DNA of 64,000 nucleotides from Octopus sinensis (lineage: Eukaryota): contig NC_043013.1 of assembly GCF_006345805.1 (NCBI RefSeq), forward strand, positions 38,688,001-38,752,000, given 5' to 3'. The translations under genes and the position numbers were made by a program. The notes below the pieces were generated by a model that worked only from the letters and a program-made list of their open reading frames with translations, was not told the origin of the DNA and made no database searches. The first letter of the stretch is position 1; each line of letters begins with the position of its first letter. Positions 25,361-39,826 of this stretch are shown here, piece by piece.

Positions 25361-28300
25361 ATAGAACTATGATCAAGATTGGTTGTGTAAATGCGCGTGG
25401 CTTGGGGTCCCCTTGGAAACAAGGGTACCTCTTAAATGACATAAAGTCACATAAGTTAGAAATCATAGCCATAAGCGAGACCAGACTCCACAATCCGCGG
25501 GCCCTAAAGACCATGTTTGGCGGACAGTTCAACATTTATTTTTCCCCCTGTCTGCCGAGAATGGGCGGTAGTGGCACCGCGGTACTTTTTCACAAGAGTC
25601 TGGATCTCAATGTAAGGACAATATTCGTAGACCCGGAGGGTAGACTGGTCGTCCTGGATGTCGACGGCAGCAATGGGTGCGCTTTTCGGCTCGTATCAGT
25701 TTACGCACCGCCCTTAACAGGTCGGGCGGATTTCTTTCAACGTCTAGAAGTTTTCTTGGGAAACGTCTCGTCCTTTACTCTTAGTGGGGGATTGGAATGC
25801 TACCTTGGACACGCATGTAGACTACGTGGGTAGAGATAGAGAATAGACGGGGATGCAAATGCCTCAGAGACCTGCTCAGACGCTTTCAACTGTCTGACAG
25901 GTTTCGACTAGACCACCCGAATGCGCCAACGTGGACATGGAGCAACCGCATCGGGTCGTCGAGATCGTATCTAGATAGGATACTGTGTAGGACAGTAGAT
26001 AGAGATAGCATAGGATGTCCACAATTCCACATAGTCAGCTACACGGATCACAAACTTGTGACATGTACGCTAGACTTAGGTAAGACACTTAGGCAGGGTC
26101 CCGGATACTGGAAACTAAACGCGTCTTTCCCATCGAGACAAGTTTTCAGAGACCGGATTAGCACACTAGTAAAGAGGGCTTTGACGGGAGCCATCATCAA
26201 CAACAAATGGTGGTTTGCCCTCAAGAGAGCAGTAAAAGCAGAAGCGATTAGGTACAGCAAAGCACTAGCCATAGATAGAAATAGAGTAGAGGGTGAGCTA
26301 GTTAAGAAGCTAGAAGAGGCAATTAGAAGCGGCATCGCATCCGACGTTTTGGCGGCGAGGTTGGCCCTCGACCAACACTTCAACGCCAAACACGAAGGAT
26401 GTGCTGTCAGAGCTAGGATGCGTGCTCTAAGGAACGAAGGTGTTGGAGCCGCGAGAGAGGCCCGGGGTGCAGAGGCGCAACAGGGCAACAAAGCCACCAT
26501 TCGGTCACTGGTAGATGAACAGGGGCGCGAATTGCTCGAGCCAAGTAAAATGTGTGAGGCCTTTCAGCAGCATTTGCCCGACTGTTCGGAACGAGTGGAG
26601 GGCAAGAACGTAGGGTGGACTTCAGTGCCTACCTACATAGCCTACCACGACTCTCGACAAGAAAGGCAGGGTGCTGCGAAGGTGCCATCACGGCGGCGGA
26701 AGTGCGGGAAGCGATGGCAGAATGCTCGAGGGACAAATCACCGGGTTTGGATGGTCTACCCTACGAGCTTTACAATTGTATGCCAGACTTGTTGGAGATC
26801 TCTTGGCGGCGGTGTACTGCAACTGGCAGCAAAACGGAGAGCATTCCTGGTTTTGTGAGCCGAGGAGCCGTAACACTGCTGAAGAAAGATCTAAACAAGG
26901 GAAATGTAATAGATAACTTTAGGCCCATCACTCTGCTTAATGCAGACTTGAAAATTTTGGCCAAGGTGCTAGCCAAGAGGTTGGCGCTTGTCATCGAGAA
27001 ACTGGTCGACAAGGCGCAAACATGCGCCGTGCCAGGCCGGACCATCCATGACAACCTCCATCTGATGCGCTACATCATAGACAGGGTAGTTAACGAACCT
27101 GGCATGGGTGGGGCCCTGATCAACTTGGATCAATCAAAAGCCTTTGATAGGGTAGACCATCGATACTTGGAGGCAGTCCTGAGAGCGGCTGGTTTCGGTC
27201 CCGTCTTCCGCGGCTGGATAGCTGCCTTGTACAGAGGCATCCGTTCGGTAATTCGCGTAAATGGACATCTATCGAGACCTTTCGACATTGCACGTTCGGT
27301 CCGTCAGGGATGCCCCCTCTCGGCGCTTCTATACGTATTGACTCTTGAGCCACTACTGCGGAAGCTGGCGACTCTAAGGGGCATCCCGCGAGAATTGGGA
27401 TGCGGGACGAGCGTGTCTGCATACGCGGACGACGTTACCGTCATAGTGTCTAGCCACGAGCACATCGAGCTGGTCGGCGAGACACTGAAAAACTACGAAG
27501 CGGTGACAGGAGCGAAAATCAACCGGGAAAAGTCAGTGGGCTTGCGACTAGGCACCTGGAGAAGCAAGCCCATGCCGTCCACCAGCGCCTCCGTCGTGGG
27601 ACGCTGGACCGACGGCCCGGTTGAGTTGCTCGGGGTCTGGTTTGGTCCGGACCTCCAAGTGGAGAAGAACTGGAACGAGATAACGAGTAGGGTGGTCACT
27701 CTTATAAGCCCGGCAATGGGCCGAGAGGAAACTGTCCCTAAAAGGTCGAGCGGAGGTGGCGAACACGTACATCGCGTCCGTCATCTACTACCGCCTGACC
27801 GTCGTACCTTGTCCCGACCCTACCATCACCAAACTACAACGCATCCTCTTTCGCTTCTTGTGGAAAGGATGCGTCCGGATGGTCAGGCGATCCATTTGCT
27901 GTCAACACTTTTTAAAAGGAGGGCTGGGCATGCCGTGGTGATGATGCGCAGACACGCGCTGAGACTGCGACATCTCTGGCTCTATGTAGACGACGGTGTG
28001 AACAGGTGTGGTCGCCGTTTGTGAGGCACGCTTTCCCGCAGCTCGTCTCCATGACCGAACTGCAGTCGTGGATCAAAAAGAGGCCGAGGAAGGGCGAATG
28101 GCACCGCGAGTGTCGCGTTGCTCTCAAGCAACTCTGCCGTCCTGGGTCGACCTTAAGTGACTTCAACACAACCAAAGTATTCTATAGGGGTTTAGTGGAG
28201 GGGAGGTACGACGACGAGCTCGGGGCGAACCTGGACGTCGACGAGGAGTACCTGACCCGCCTGTTCGGGACGACTTTCGGGCCAGGGCCCATGGACAACT

Positions 28301-29019
28301 TCCAGAGATCCCTGGCCTGGCAGTGCTACCGAGAAGCGCTACCCGTTCGGGATAAGCTCTACAGACACGGCTCGAGAAACACGGGGCCGACCTGCCCGAG
28401 ATGCGGTCAGAGCGACGAAACCGTTCTGCACGCACTCGTTCAGTGTCCAACAATTTCCGACCTGTGGGCTTATGTCGAACAACTGCTGTCACGTGTGGAC
28501 GAGTCGGTTTATCAGCTGAGTCTATCGTCAATATTGTCACGCCTCCTTCCTTCAAACGGAAGGAAGAGCTATTTTCATCATCCTTGTGGCTATGGCGAAA
28601 GAATGTATCTGGTGGACGCGTCTGAAAGGATGGAGAGACAAACACTTTCCTCTCTGGTCAATCTCTCATCAACTTCTTCAAGTACCACTTGAAAAGGAAA
28701 GTGAGAGTAGAGAGGCAAGTTTTGTCTAGCGAATGTTTTAAAAAAAGATGGGTGAATGTAGCAAGAATGGCACGTATGAATGACGAAGCCACCTTGAGCA
28801 TAGTCCTATGAACCCAGAAATCGAAAACAGAGAGTTGCTTATTTGCAAAAAAAAAAAAAAAAAAAAAAGAAATATAAAATGTGACTTCATTGACCGAGGT
28901 TACCGTGGTCTTTTCCGCAGGCTTTTCTTTCCACGGGTAAACCTCACCTGTCCTCCCCTTTACACTTCATATTGACATTTCTGTGATAACGATCCCTATT
29001 GATCATTTTTTTTTCCTCT

Positions 29020-29058
<39 letters not shown>

Positions 29059-29222
29059 CCCCTTATTTTTGTCCTCTTTCTCTCCCTTTACGATCCCTTT
29101 TGATCGAACCTCCCCCTTCCCCTTTTTTTTTTTTTTTTTTTTTTTAATACCTTCAAAAGAAAAGCTCTACCTTGTAATTTGTTCTATCTGTGTGCAGCCC
29201 TGTGTGGCTAATAAGAAAAAAC
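25361..29222 (+). mobile_element. Tx1-like LINE copy 2 with near-complete ORF2 and 3' UTR
   Basis: APE (MIKIGCVNARGL, ISETR, VYAP, DHK), RT (SPGLDG, NFRPITLLNADLKILAK, LDQSKAFDRVDH, VRQGCPLS, AYADD) and zinc knuckle; preceded by (TCTA)n and followed by TA/TATC repeats. Confidence 0.95.
25369..28811 (+). pseudogene. Tx1-like ORF2 (APE endonuclease-RT-CCHC), frameshifted in this assembly
   Basis: Domains are split over ORF-track segments 25228-25833, 26058-26858, 26615-28024, 28006-28692; ends ...EATLSIVL* at 28811. Confidence 0.9.
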
Positions 29223-29260
29223 ATATATCTATATATCTATCTATATAATATATATATTAT

Positions 29261-29302
<42 letters not shown>

Positions 29303-29577
29303 TATATATATACATATATATATATATGCATTTTGTTGTAAATTTATAAACATACCGACCAAATTATAAATACCTATAAACATGTCTAAATGCAAACAAA
29401 AAAATATACATTCATTCATTTATATGAAAGTATACACTTGTATGTATGCATGTATATATAAAACAACGCAGGCATATATACAATTACATTATCTTATATA
29501 TATATATATATCAATATTTATATATACATACATATTTATATGTATATATACATATATAAATACACATATACATATGC

Positions 29578-29631
<54 letters not shown>

Positions 29632-29638
29632 ATATATA

Positions 29639-29681
<43 letters not shown>

Positions 29682-29981
29682 GTATATTCATATAAACATA
29701 TATATACATATGTATGTATGTATGTATATATTCAGTTCGTCTCATAATTAATCAAAATGAGGAAAGCTGATGCATTCAAGTGTTTAAACTGAATTTCAAT
29801 ACAATTTTCATTAAACCACATACAAACACAATAACAAAGATAGACATTGCAGCCACACACTCATGAATCTACATACATTTGTATGCATTTTATGTATGTA
29901 TACATCTCCATAAATGCATCTACTACTATCTATCTGTCAATCTACCTCTCTGTCTCTATCTCTCAGTCTCTGTCTCTCTCT

Positions 29982-30039
<58 letters not shown>

Positions 30040-30778
30040 CTTCCTGAAGATTTCTCTTGAATGAAACAGTACTAGTCCTGTAGAAGCTCCTTCTATATAA
30101 TAAATTAATATATATATATATATATAGATATATGTAGAACAGGAAGAACATTTGAAATATATATTAAAAATACTTTTAAAAATAATGTGAAAATCTTGGA
30201 ATAGTAAACTGAAAAAAAATCGACAATCATTTGGATAGGTGGCGCCGAAAACGCTATATTTCACGTTAAAGAGACTGCATTCAATTGTTCAATTATATAT
30301 GTGGAGACAAATAAAAGGTAATTAAATAGAGAAACGCGCACCCGCTCACAAACACAAACATACACACTTATACACAACCAATCATCACAAACACACACGC
30401 GCACAAACGCGCTAAACCGTTACTCCCCCAATGTATATATATATACATATATATATACATATATACTTATATATATATACGTATATACACAAATGCGTGT
30501 ATATATATATATATATATATATATAGATATATATATACACATATACGTATATACGTACATGTATGCATATATACATATATGAATGTATATCTGTTCATAT
30601 ACATATACATATAACAGACACTCATAGATATGTGTATTTGTATAAATCATTAAATTGATTTATGGTATGTAAACCATTACATACTTCGTTAAATAACTAG
30701 AATCACACGCATAAGAACAAATATAGGCGTATGTAGATATAGTATATGTATATATATATGTATACATACATACATACA

Positions 30779-30879
<101 letters not shown>

Positions 30880-31993
30880 GTATATATTTATATTCAATAT
30901 ATACATATATATATATATATATACTCATGCATACGCGTTGTGTATGTGTGCCTGCATGCGTGTGGATCACATATTTGTGTGTATGTTGTATGTATGTATG
31001 GATGGATGTATATACACACATATATACATATATATATATATATTCATAAAATTATATATGAGTGTGTGTATATATACAAATATATATATATATGTGTGTG
31101 TGTGTGTATTTAGTTATATGATTAAAAAGTTGTATTCTTTTCCTATTGCCATGCTTCCGAGTTCGGTGTTAGCACACGATTTCTTTGAGGAGTGTCTTTT
31201 GATACATCATATATTAATATCAATACCTCTAGATATCACCTTCGTTTAAATTCAATTTCTGAAATTCGTCCGTGTATATACATATATATGCATGCATACA
31301 TAAATACTGTTGTCGTGTACGCTTCACATTTTCTATCTAATGAGCATTTTAACCTGTTATTTACTCATCATTTATAGGTTTATCTTCGAGATACTTCATT
31401 ATGAATCGACACACAAACATACACACACACACACTCTCTCAATCTCTGTCTGTCTGTCTGTCTCTCTCTCTCTCCCTCATACACACATATCCTCATACAG
31501 TGAAATACAGGTGAGATTAGTGAGAGAGGGCATAACGTTACAGATCCGACAGCTGTTTCTAGGGGCTCAGAATTACGTAATAGTTATCATTTTGGTATAT
31601 TGAATATGCAAAATGTAAAGTTTATGCAACCAATAGTGGATGCATATAGACATTACCTTAACTCCGGTCTCCGTCTTCAGGGTGGAATGATTAGCAACTA
31701 GCCGCTGAGGTCATAATTCCAGAGAATTTAAGGGTAACCATCGAATTAGAGAAAGAAAATGTCTGTAGGTGCGCTTAAATCATCAAAATAATATTCTTTC
31801 CGGTATATCAATCTTCAGAACCTCATGAATCGTAACATTGATGAAGGTCAACATCAAAGGCAACCCTCATTAATTCCTATATATTGACCAAATATATATG
31901 TGTTGATGCGTACAAAACCTGCTCAATGTGCTTAGTGTTTTCTCTTTAACAAGCCTTTTTTAGGTAACCGTTCCACGAAGCCTGTCGTATATA

Positions 31994-32260
31994 TCTACAA
32001 TAGAAAATCCGTTCTGCGTGTCTGTGTGTGTGTCTTCTGCGATCTTGGGCATCCTCCATCCGAATGCGCTCAAATTTGATATGTAGATACCGACGTTATC
32101 AGGGCGTGTATAAGTCTTGAAAAAATTACAAAAATCGATTCCAGGTGAGAATGCGATCGATAAAACCGTGGGAACGTGCGTTTCTACGCGCAAGTACATC
32201 AGCTGCTGCGATCGATTCTACGCGTATGCGAGAAAAATGCTGGTGTCTCAAATTTAGGTT
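31994..32260 (+). mobile_element. possible Helitron-like 5' fragment
   Basis: A|TCTACAATAGAAAA start followed by gtctgtgtgtgtgtc, resembling the start of 43825; no CTAG 3' end found. Confidence 0.3.
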
Positions 32261-32599
32261 AAATCAGTGTTTCTCAAAGGGGAGGCCTATGGGATGTGCG
32301 GACAAATTGTTTTGAGAAAATTTGGACGGGGGCCGTTTTCCTCGTATAAATATATGTCTGGATGTGTGGGTATATGTGTTTGCGTGTATCTATGCGTGTG
32401 TCATTGTGTCTGTGTCGGTTCCCACCCTCACCGCTTGACAACCGTCACGGCCAGAGAGATTGAGAGAAGTACGAGGCTTATAAACACAGTGCTAGTGTCG
32501 ATTAGTTCGACAAAGCTCTTCATGGTGCACCTCAGCCTAGCTGCAGTCCAATGGCTGAAACAAGTAAAAATCAAAAGATAGAATAGATATTAGGCAGTT

Positions 32600-33400
32600 C
32601 TAAATATTGGCATTTGTTGCCTATTGAGATAGGTATAGGCCTTAATATTTTTTTAAGAATTGGATACATATACAACAGATCAATCGATTATCACATTTAC
32701 ACGATCTGGATTTTTTCGCAAAAAGTTGATCAACAACTTGCATATCTTTTATTAAGAGTAAAACAAATTACGATACTAAAATCGAATTTGGTCTTGATAA
32801 ATGTATAAAAGCCAAACTCTTTACGGGAAACATCTTGTAAACAAACAACATACAGTTTGACAAGTCTATCATAATCAAAGAATTAAATCCTGGGAATTGA
32901 ATCTAGTACCCTCTTATGCGTGAGGACATAAGGGAAAAATGCTATCGTAGAGTTATGGAGCTCTCCTACAATGCGAACTTCATTCGAGAAGCAGAACCGA
33001 TGCTATCAATATTTTGTCTTTATATTTCGTGAAATAAAGGACGCTATTACATCACGATATACTGCATGCATCACCGAATGTTAGGCTTAGACGTACTATA
33101 CATCGCACAAAAGAATGTTGGATCTGGACATATGCAGCTGCAACTCTATCAAAAACAGCAAGCATACAGCTTGACACTTATATGAAAGAACCAAGAAACT
33201 ACCCTCAGTATCAAAAGGAGAAAAGATTTATATAAAAAAAATTTGAAGATCACTGAGACTGAAGTTCGCCCTGATGAAAGAGAAATACTGTGAAAGCAAA
33301 GCAAGTAAAAGCTAAAAGAAATCAAATGGTGCCTCATAAATGCGTGGAAAAGTACGACATTCCGTTGTAAGTAATATACAAGCTGCTAGCAATTTTGATG
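32600..33400 (+). mobile_element. Highly degraded R4/Dong-like (RLE) non-LTR RT remnant
   Basis: Fragmentary frames DQQLAYLLLRVKQ and DTKIEFGLDKCIKA resemble the DQQL..LL..VK.FS.DI.MEFGLDKCAK region of R4/Dong RTs. Confidence 0.6.
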
Positions 33401-33401
33401 T

Positions 33402-33435
<34 letters not shown>

Positions 33436-33436
33436 C

Positions 33437-33804
33437 AGAAGTTTGAAAACGCCACTATATAAGATAAATTTTAATTTTCTTAGAAATTTTACATTTCAGC
33501 CGCAGGTCATTCGAACACAAGACGGCTAAAAACAACCACGTGGAGCCTGTTGAGACCAGTAAGAAACAATTATGAACTTTTTTATTACACTCAACTTGAA
33601 ACTTACAGCTATTATGCATACTACCGACAAAACACCAACACATGGATTGTGTTGAGACCAGTAAGAAATAATTATGAACTTTTTTATTACACTTAACTTT
33701 TTAAAATATTTTTGATAAGGTTCGTTTTTTCGACAAGAACCGAAACATGAAAAATTTCTAAGAAAATTAAAATTTGTCTTATATAGTGGCGTTTTCAAAC
33801 TTCT
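33437..33804. mobile_element. MITE with ~55-bp terminal inverted repeats
   Basis: agaagtttgaaaacgccactatataagataaattttaattttcttagaaatttt mirrored by aaaatttctaagaaaattaaaatttgtcttatatagtggcgttttcaaacttct; internal ~50-bp direct repeat (33549-33597, 33649-33697). Confidence 0.85.
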
Positions 33805-33846
33805 TTTTTATAAATATATACCCACTCGTATACGATCTACACTTAT

Positions 33847-33913
<67 letters not shown>

Positions 33914-33914
33914 T

Positions 33915-34560
33915 GACTCGTTAGTGGTTGTCTTCATCTGAAATTAAATTAGAAGCAGAGGGCTTTATAAGAGCTCGGTAGCAGCGTCTCTCCACTAAAA
34001 TTTACTTAGCTAATATTCTTAAAAATGGTGCTGATACTCCCGGCTGCTTATCTAATATAATCAGAGAAGGAATTGAGCATCTCATCAATGGATGCTCTAT
34101 GCTGGTCTTGACTAAGAAAACTAATCGCCAAGATAATCTTGGTCAATATTTGCTCCGGCTTATATGACGTCAGTTTGGTTTCCAAGTGAGAAAGTCTTGT
34201 GGGAACAAAATCTTGCTAAAACAGTAAAAGTTAAAGACATCACTCTCCTTGCAAATTCAGTATTCAAACACATTCAGCCACTCAGGACACTACAGACAAA
34301 TACCATAGACTTGTAAGATCTTGTAAGAAATGTCTCTAAAGTGTATCATCTAAGAACGACAACTCCACTTCTGATCATCGCTCTTAGATGGTATGATTAA
34401 ATAGCTAAAAATACAAAATTATCAGAACTACAAAAATTGTCCCCCAAGTCACAGTTTTTTCCTAGCAATTTTTGTTTTGAAATCTTTCAAAATCTCAAAT
34501 ATTACAAGAAACATTTTACGAAATTACAATTCTCAATATCTAGTGGCCTTTCCTTGATAT
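33915..34560 (+). mobile_element. C-terminal part of the R4/Dong-like remnant
   Basis: EGIEHLINGCSML...NRQDNLGQYL resembles the ETI.HL.SGC..LA..EY..RHD.VGQY motif. Confidence 0.55.
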
Positions 34561-34682
34561 ATATCATGTCTCATCATAAATAATACGCGCAGTAGAATTT
34601 CTCGCTTGCTGTTTCTTGATATATCTTAGTGAGTCTAAGAACAAATAGCAAAAATAAACAAAAAAGCAACAACAGTAAAAAC

Positions 34683-34685
<3 letters not shown>

Positions 34686-34749
<64 letters not shown>

Positions 34750-34763
34750 CAGTAGTAGTATTA

Positions 34764-34800
<37 letters not shown>

Positions 34801-34863
34801 GAAGAAGAAGAATTATAATTATAATAATAGTAATAATAATAATGATAATAATAATAATAATAA
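34686..34863. repeat. compound (GCA)(GTA)(TAA)n microsatellite
   Basis: Direct inspection. Confidence 0.95.
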
Positions 34864-35389
34864 TCGTCTTTATGACAGGCTCCAGGTCGAAAATTCTGGC
34901 TCAAATGGTACTTTATTTCATCGACCCTGAAAGGATGAAAGGTAAATCAATCTCAGTGGCATTTGATCTCAGAATATAAGCAGAATAAATGCCGCAAAGA
35001 CTTTTCACAACACAGTAACAGTTCTAATAATAATGATAATAATAATAATAATAATAATAATAAGAAGAAGAATAGTAATTTTCTTCATTAAAAAATAACA
35101 CCATAGAGATAGATCGGTAAATGCGTCTGTGCAAGAGAAACGTCAATAGCGAAGGAAACGTAATGGTTTTTCTAAATGAGAACAGTTTTTACGTATATAC
35201 GTCCATGAAGCCTTGAAATCATAGAGGGATTGATAGCTTTCTGCGCTAAGAGAAGCACGTAGAAGCCTATAACTGTAGTCCACAATGAAGCCATAAATAT
35301 TCCTGATGATGAAAGAGTAAATGGAGAAGAAGAGTAATAATGAGCACATAGGAATAGAAGTAAAAACACGGTAGTCGATATACGAGGAG

Positions 35390-35437
35390 ATTGATAGACA
35401 AACAGATAGATAGGCAGATAGATAGATAGATAGATAG

Positions 35438-35500
<63 letters not shown>

Positions 35501-35580
35501 GTACATAGATAGATAGATAGATAGATAGGTAGATAGATAGATAGATAGATACATAGATAGATAGATAGATTGATAGATAG

Positions 35581-35613
<33 letters not shown>

Positions 35614-35660
35614 GATAGATAGATAGATAAATAGATAGATAGATCGATAGACAAACTGAC

Positions 35661-35703
<43 letters not shown>

Positions 35704-35739
35704 AGATAGATAGATAGATAGACAGAGAGACAAACTGAC

Positions 35740-35806
<67 letters not shown>
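35390..35806. repeat. degenerate (GATA)n array
   Basis: Direct inspection; source of IYLS-repeat pseudo-ORFs. Confidence 0.97.
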
Positions 35807-36109
35807 CGAACGGTGGGGGAGAGAAGGAAAAACATGGAAATTTAGAAACGCAAAGAGGGAGTGGATGAGAGACTTAAAGAGAATGGAATTGTAATTGATG
35901 AGAAAAAGAATAAAACGCAAAGAAGTGAATGTAAGTAAAATTTGAATAGCGTTGTTGAAATAAGAATGGCGGTCTGAATGAATGAGGGACGAAAAACGAT
36001 CGGAAAAAATCAGTAGGAAAATACCAATAGTATTGTGTACCTCTTTCTGTCTTTTTCTTTCTCCCCCTCCCTCTGTGTCTCTGTCTCTCTTCCCCCCTAA
36101 CTTTGTGTC

Positions 36110-36144
<35 letters not shown>

Positions 36145-36907
36145 TACTTAAATACGTACACACAAGCATGGCTACCAACGCATACGAACATGAACGTGTA
36201 TCCCTTACATCTATTTCCATAAAATCCTATATTCGTTTTTATCTGCTGTCTCTCCTCTCCTCTCTGTCTATGTATGCATGTACGTATGCATGTATGTTTG
36301 TATGTATGTATGTATGCATGTATGTATGAATTTATGTATGTATGTTTGTATGTATGTGTGTATGTATGTATGTATGTTTCTATGTATGTATGTATACACG
36401 CATGTATATGCATGTAAATATAGGTATAAATATAGGTATATATATATGTGTGTATAATTACATAAGCATTATATATACATACATATTTATATATATGTGT
36501 TTGTGTATGTATTATATAAAATTACATACATATACACGCACACACACACACACATATATATATATGCATGTATGTATGTATACATCGAGTGCACAGTTAG
36601 ATGTATGACCTACTGTGTGAATTAGATCTCCATGTTTAATATCTGTATCCTCTTAGCTTCCATGATAGTAGTCAGCCTATTACTGTACTTAACAGTGTTG
36701 CTATTTGCGATGTAGAGAGCTTAGAAAGGAGAATATGAGATAAGCACAAGTATAAACTATTAATTCGGACATATGTTCCAATCCAAATGACTGCTATGGA
36801 GAAACGTATGTAGTTACTAATAACCTACATTTGTGTTTATCACATTTTTCGCCGTATACATAGATACATGCATACGTACACACACGCACACACACAAACA
36901 CACACAC

Positions 36908-36941
<34 letters not shown>

Positions 36942-36947
<6 letters not shown>

Positions 36948-37278
36948 ATTGTTAAAGAGGACAACATGCGTTAAGTCAAGGTATACATCTCTAGTCATAT
37001 ACATTATTATCATTGAAAAAGTTCAAAGTCTTACGGTTGTTTCTGGGATATACCAGAGTATGGGATATTCTGTTATCAGAGACAAATGAGGAAAATGAGA
37101 ATGGTATAGATTAATGAAATAACGACATAGAAAACGGGACTAGATGATGGAATACCCCATACTTTGAAATATCCTAGAAACAGCTGTAATACTGAACTTT
37201 TTCCAGTGATAATAATGACAATGACTTGAGATGTTTGCATTGCCTTGACGTTTGTTGTCCTCTTTAACAATTATATAT
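36942..37278. mobile_element. Inverted pair of ~138-bp Penelope pLTR-like repeats, each with a decayed hammerhead motif
   Basis: The reverse complement of 36942-37080 aligns with 37140-37278 (both end ttgtcctctttaacaattatatat); the left arm reads gtct-CTGATAA...GAAACAACCGTA-agac. Confidence 0.65.
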
Positions 37279-37900
37279 CCGGTATATCGGAAGTCTGCAA
37301 TGACTCCATAACTGCCGTCTCGGGAACAACTTTGGAGTCCTAATAGTCTGATACAGCACTTACCTAGCATGCGCAATCCTTTAGGTCACTTCTTCCTCTT
37401 CTTCTTATTATTATTCTCCTCCTCCTCCTTCTTCTTCTTCTTCATCCCCTTCCCCCTCTTCTTCTTCTTCTTCCTCCACTTCCCCCTCTTCTTCTTCTTC
37501 TTCCTCCCCTTCACCCTCTCCTTCTTCTTCTTCTTCTTCTTCTTCTTGTTCCCCTCCCCCTCCTCTTCTTCTTCTTCTTCTTCTTCACCTACTACTGCTG
37601 CTCAAACAATCAAAACCAAGAACTCATATCAAATATTAGGATTGTTACTACCTGATACCTGCTACCAAGACTTCACAAGAATAAAAAAGAGCGACAGCGA
37701 CAGACTTAAAAAAACGAAAATGTCCCTTGCATTTGAAAAGTATGGAAATATTTTTGAAACATTTCATTAAATTGTGCCTGAACTTAATTGCTTTTCATGC
37801 TTTACTCTAAGTTGAAAAAGTCGCAAAGGCTGAAACCAGTAGTAAAATGTTCTTTATGATACAACTATTTCAGCATTTTCTACCTTGTCTTATTTTCCGT

Positions 37901-37942
<42 letters not shown>

Positions 37943-38051
37943 ATATATGCTTCATATTAAGCTTACAATGAAATGGTCTTTTTCAAGCCGAATTCTGCTC
38001 GGTGAAATTACTGATTACTTCTTATTAATTAATTTTACCCTTGTTAAGATT

Positions 38052-38082
<31 letters not shown>

Positions 38083-39524
38083 TTATATATAATATATATA
38101 TATAATATATATATACATGTATACATATGTCTTTTCTGTACAAGTGCATTAGTATTTGAGTTTCAGGCGCTTGATTGTGTATGCGTGTGTCCATTCGAGT
38201 TAGTGTACGTGTGAATATGGTTTGAAATATTTTTTTTCAGATTGAAAAATTTACATCCCTTCTATTTGATTTAATATTTTTTACTGTTTCTCCTTGCACC
38301 CTCCGCAATTCTCTCTCTCTCTCTCTCTGTTCATTTTACCATTTTCTCTATTTCGTTTTCATCCCAGCCCATCTCGTGTCTAATTCTCTCATGTTTCACT
38401 TCATCCCCATCTTCTTAAGGACTATGTCTTTCCTCTTCCCCACCATCTATGAAGTTATATCGCTTTCTTCTGTCTCTTTTTCACTTCCGATTACAACGTA
38501 GCAAAACAGAAAACAAATGACATACATATAAATGCACAAGCCCATCGAAACTTTCTTGGACGCTTCTGGTGGTACAACAGTTTTACCAGGAGAAGATACC
38601 AAGAGTCACCCAATCCATTCTACTAACTCTCTGCAGAAAGGGATACTGGGAGTTATCCCACATAACCCTTCACAGAACGATCCTGCTCACAGACAAAAAT
38701 CGCACAGAGTACTGAACTGACATTTTTTTGAGTCTGAACGAAGTCAAGCAGAGTTGACTTGGGCAATATTTTAACTACTAATCCAATGATCCGATCATCT
38801 GACGCTCTGAAAACTCAAACTGCCGATTAAGAAAACATTTGTGAAAATTTATTGGAAATTGACGATCAAATCGATAAAAGTTTAGTATAGATATATATAT
38901 TGCAAAAGGGTATATTGAATTAACTGCAGTGTGATCGATTATCCGAAAGGCCAGAACGTCATACAAATGATGCGTGAGAATGGTGTCGAATTTTATCTTA
39001 CGTTCTTAATTTAAATTCAGCTTTGATTTTTGTAGTTTCAAAATCGATAAATTGAAAAAAAAAAATATAAATAAATGAATTAAATATTCGAATTGATTCG
39101 TCTTCTGCCACTTTCACAGAATCGTCTATTATGCTACCCGAATAAATCGCCGGCAGGCAAAGCAAAATGTTTGTTGGAGTACATTGCTGCTCTTCACTAC
39201 AACGAAGGACATTTGCAATACAACGAAGTAAACGGTAGAACAGAAGCTGGCACAATTATTTTAGTAATACGGAAAACAATCTAATCTCTGCTTACTTCAC
39301 TCCTCTTATCTGAGCATTTATCTTATCTGATGTGTGTTCGCGGGTATAAAAGCTATTACATATCTGCATATTCAAGTATGGGTATTTTGGATCGGGTTAG
39401 TGTGTAGCTTTCCTGATTGCCATACCATCAGCCTTCCTTTCTAGCAGCCGAGATCATCCTTGTTTGTTTGTCCAGGTAATATATCGTCTGCTGATTAATT
39501 CATTTTATAACTAAGTTTTGAGGA

Positions 39525-39826
39525 GTGGAGGCACATGGCCTAGTGGTTAGAGCAGCGGACTCGCGGTCGAGGGATCGCGGGTTCGAATCTCAGAGGGGGC
39601 CATATTTGTGTTTATGAGCGAAACACCTAAGCTCCACGCGGCTCCAGCAGAAGGTAATGGCAAGCTTCTGCTGACTCTTTCGCCACAACTTTCTCTCACT
39701 CTTTCCTCCTGCATCTAGCAGCTCAGCCGCGATGGACCGGCGTCCCGTCCAGGTGGGGGACCTATACACCAAGGAAACCTGGACACCGGCCCTTGTGAGT
39801 TAGGCGTGGCTCGAGAAGGAACAAAC
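39525..39826 (+). mobile_element. tRNA-derived SINE with 12-bp TSD
   Basis: gcacatggcctagtggttagagcagcgg...gggttcgaatctc head; aagttttgagga at 39513-39524 and 39827-39838. Confidence 0.88.

Noticed and set aside
39093-39284. ORF containing AALHYNE, reminiscent of some transposases
   Set aside because: A single short motif with no supporting catalytic residues or termini.
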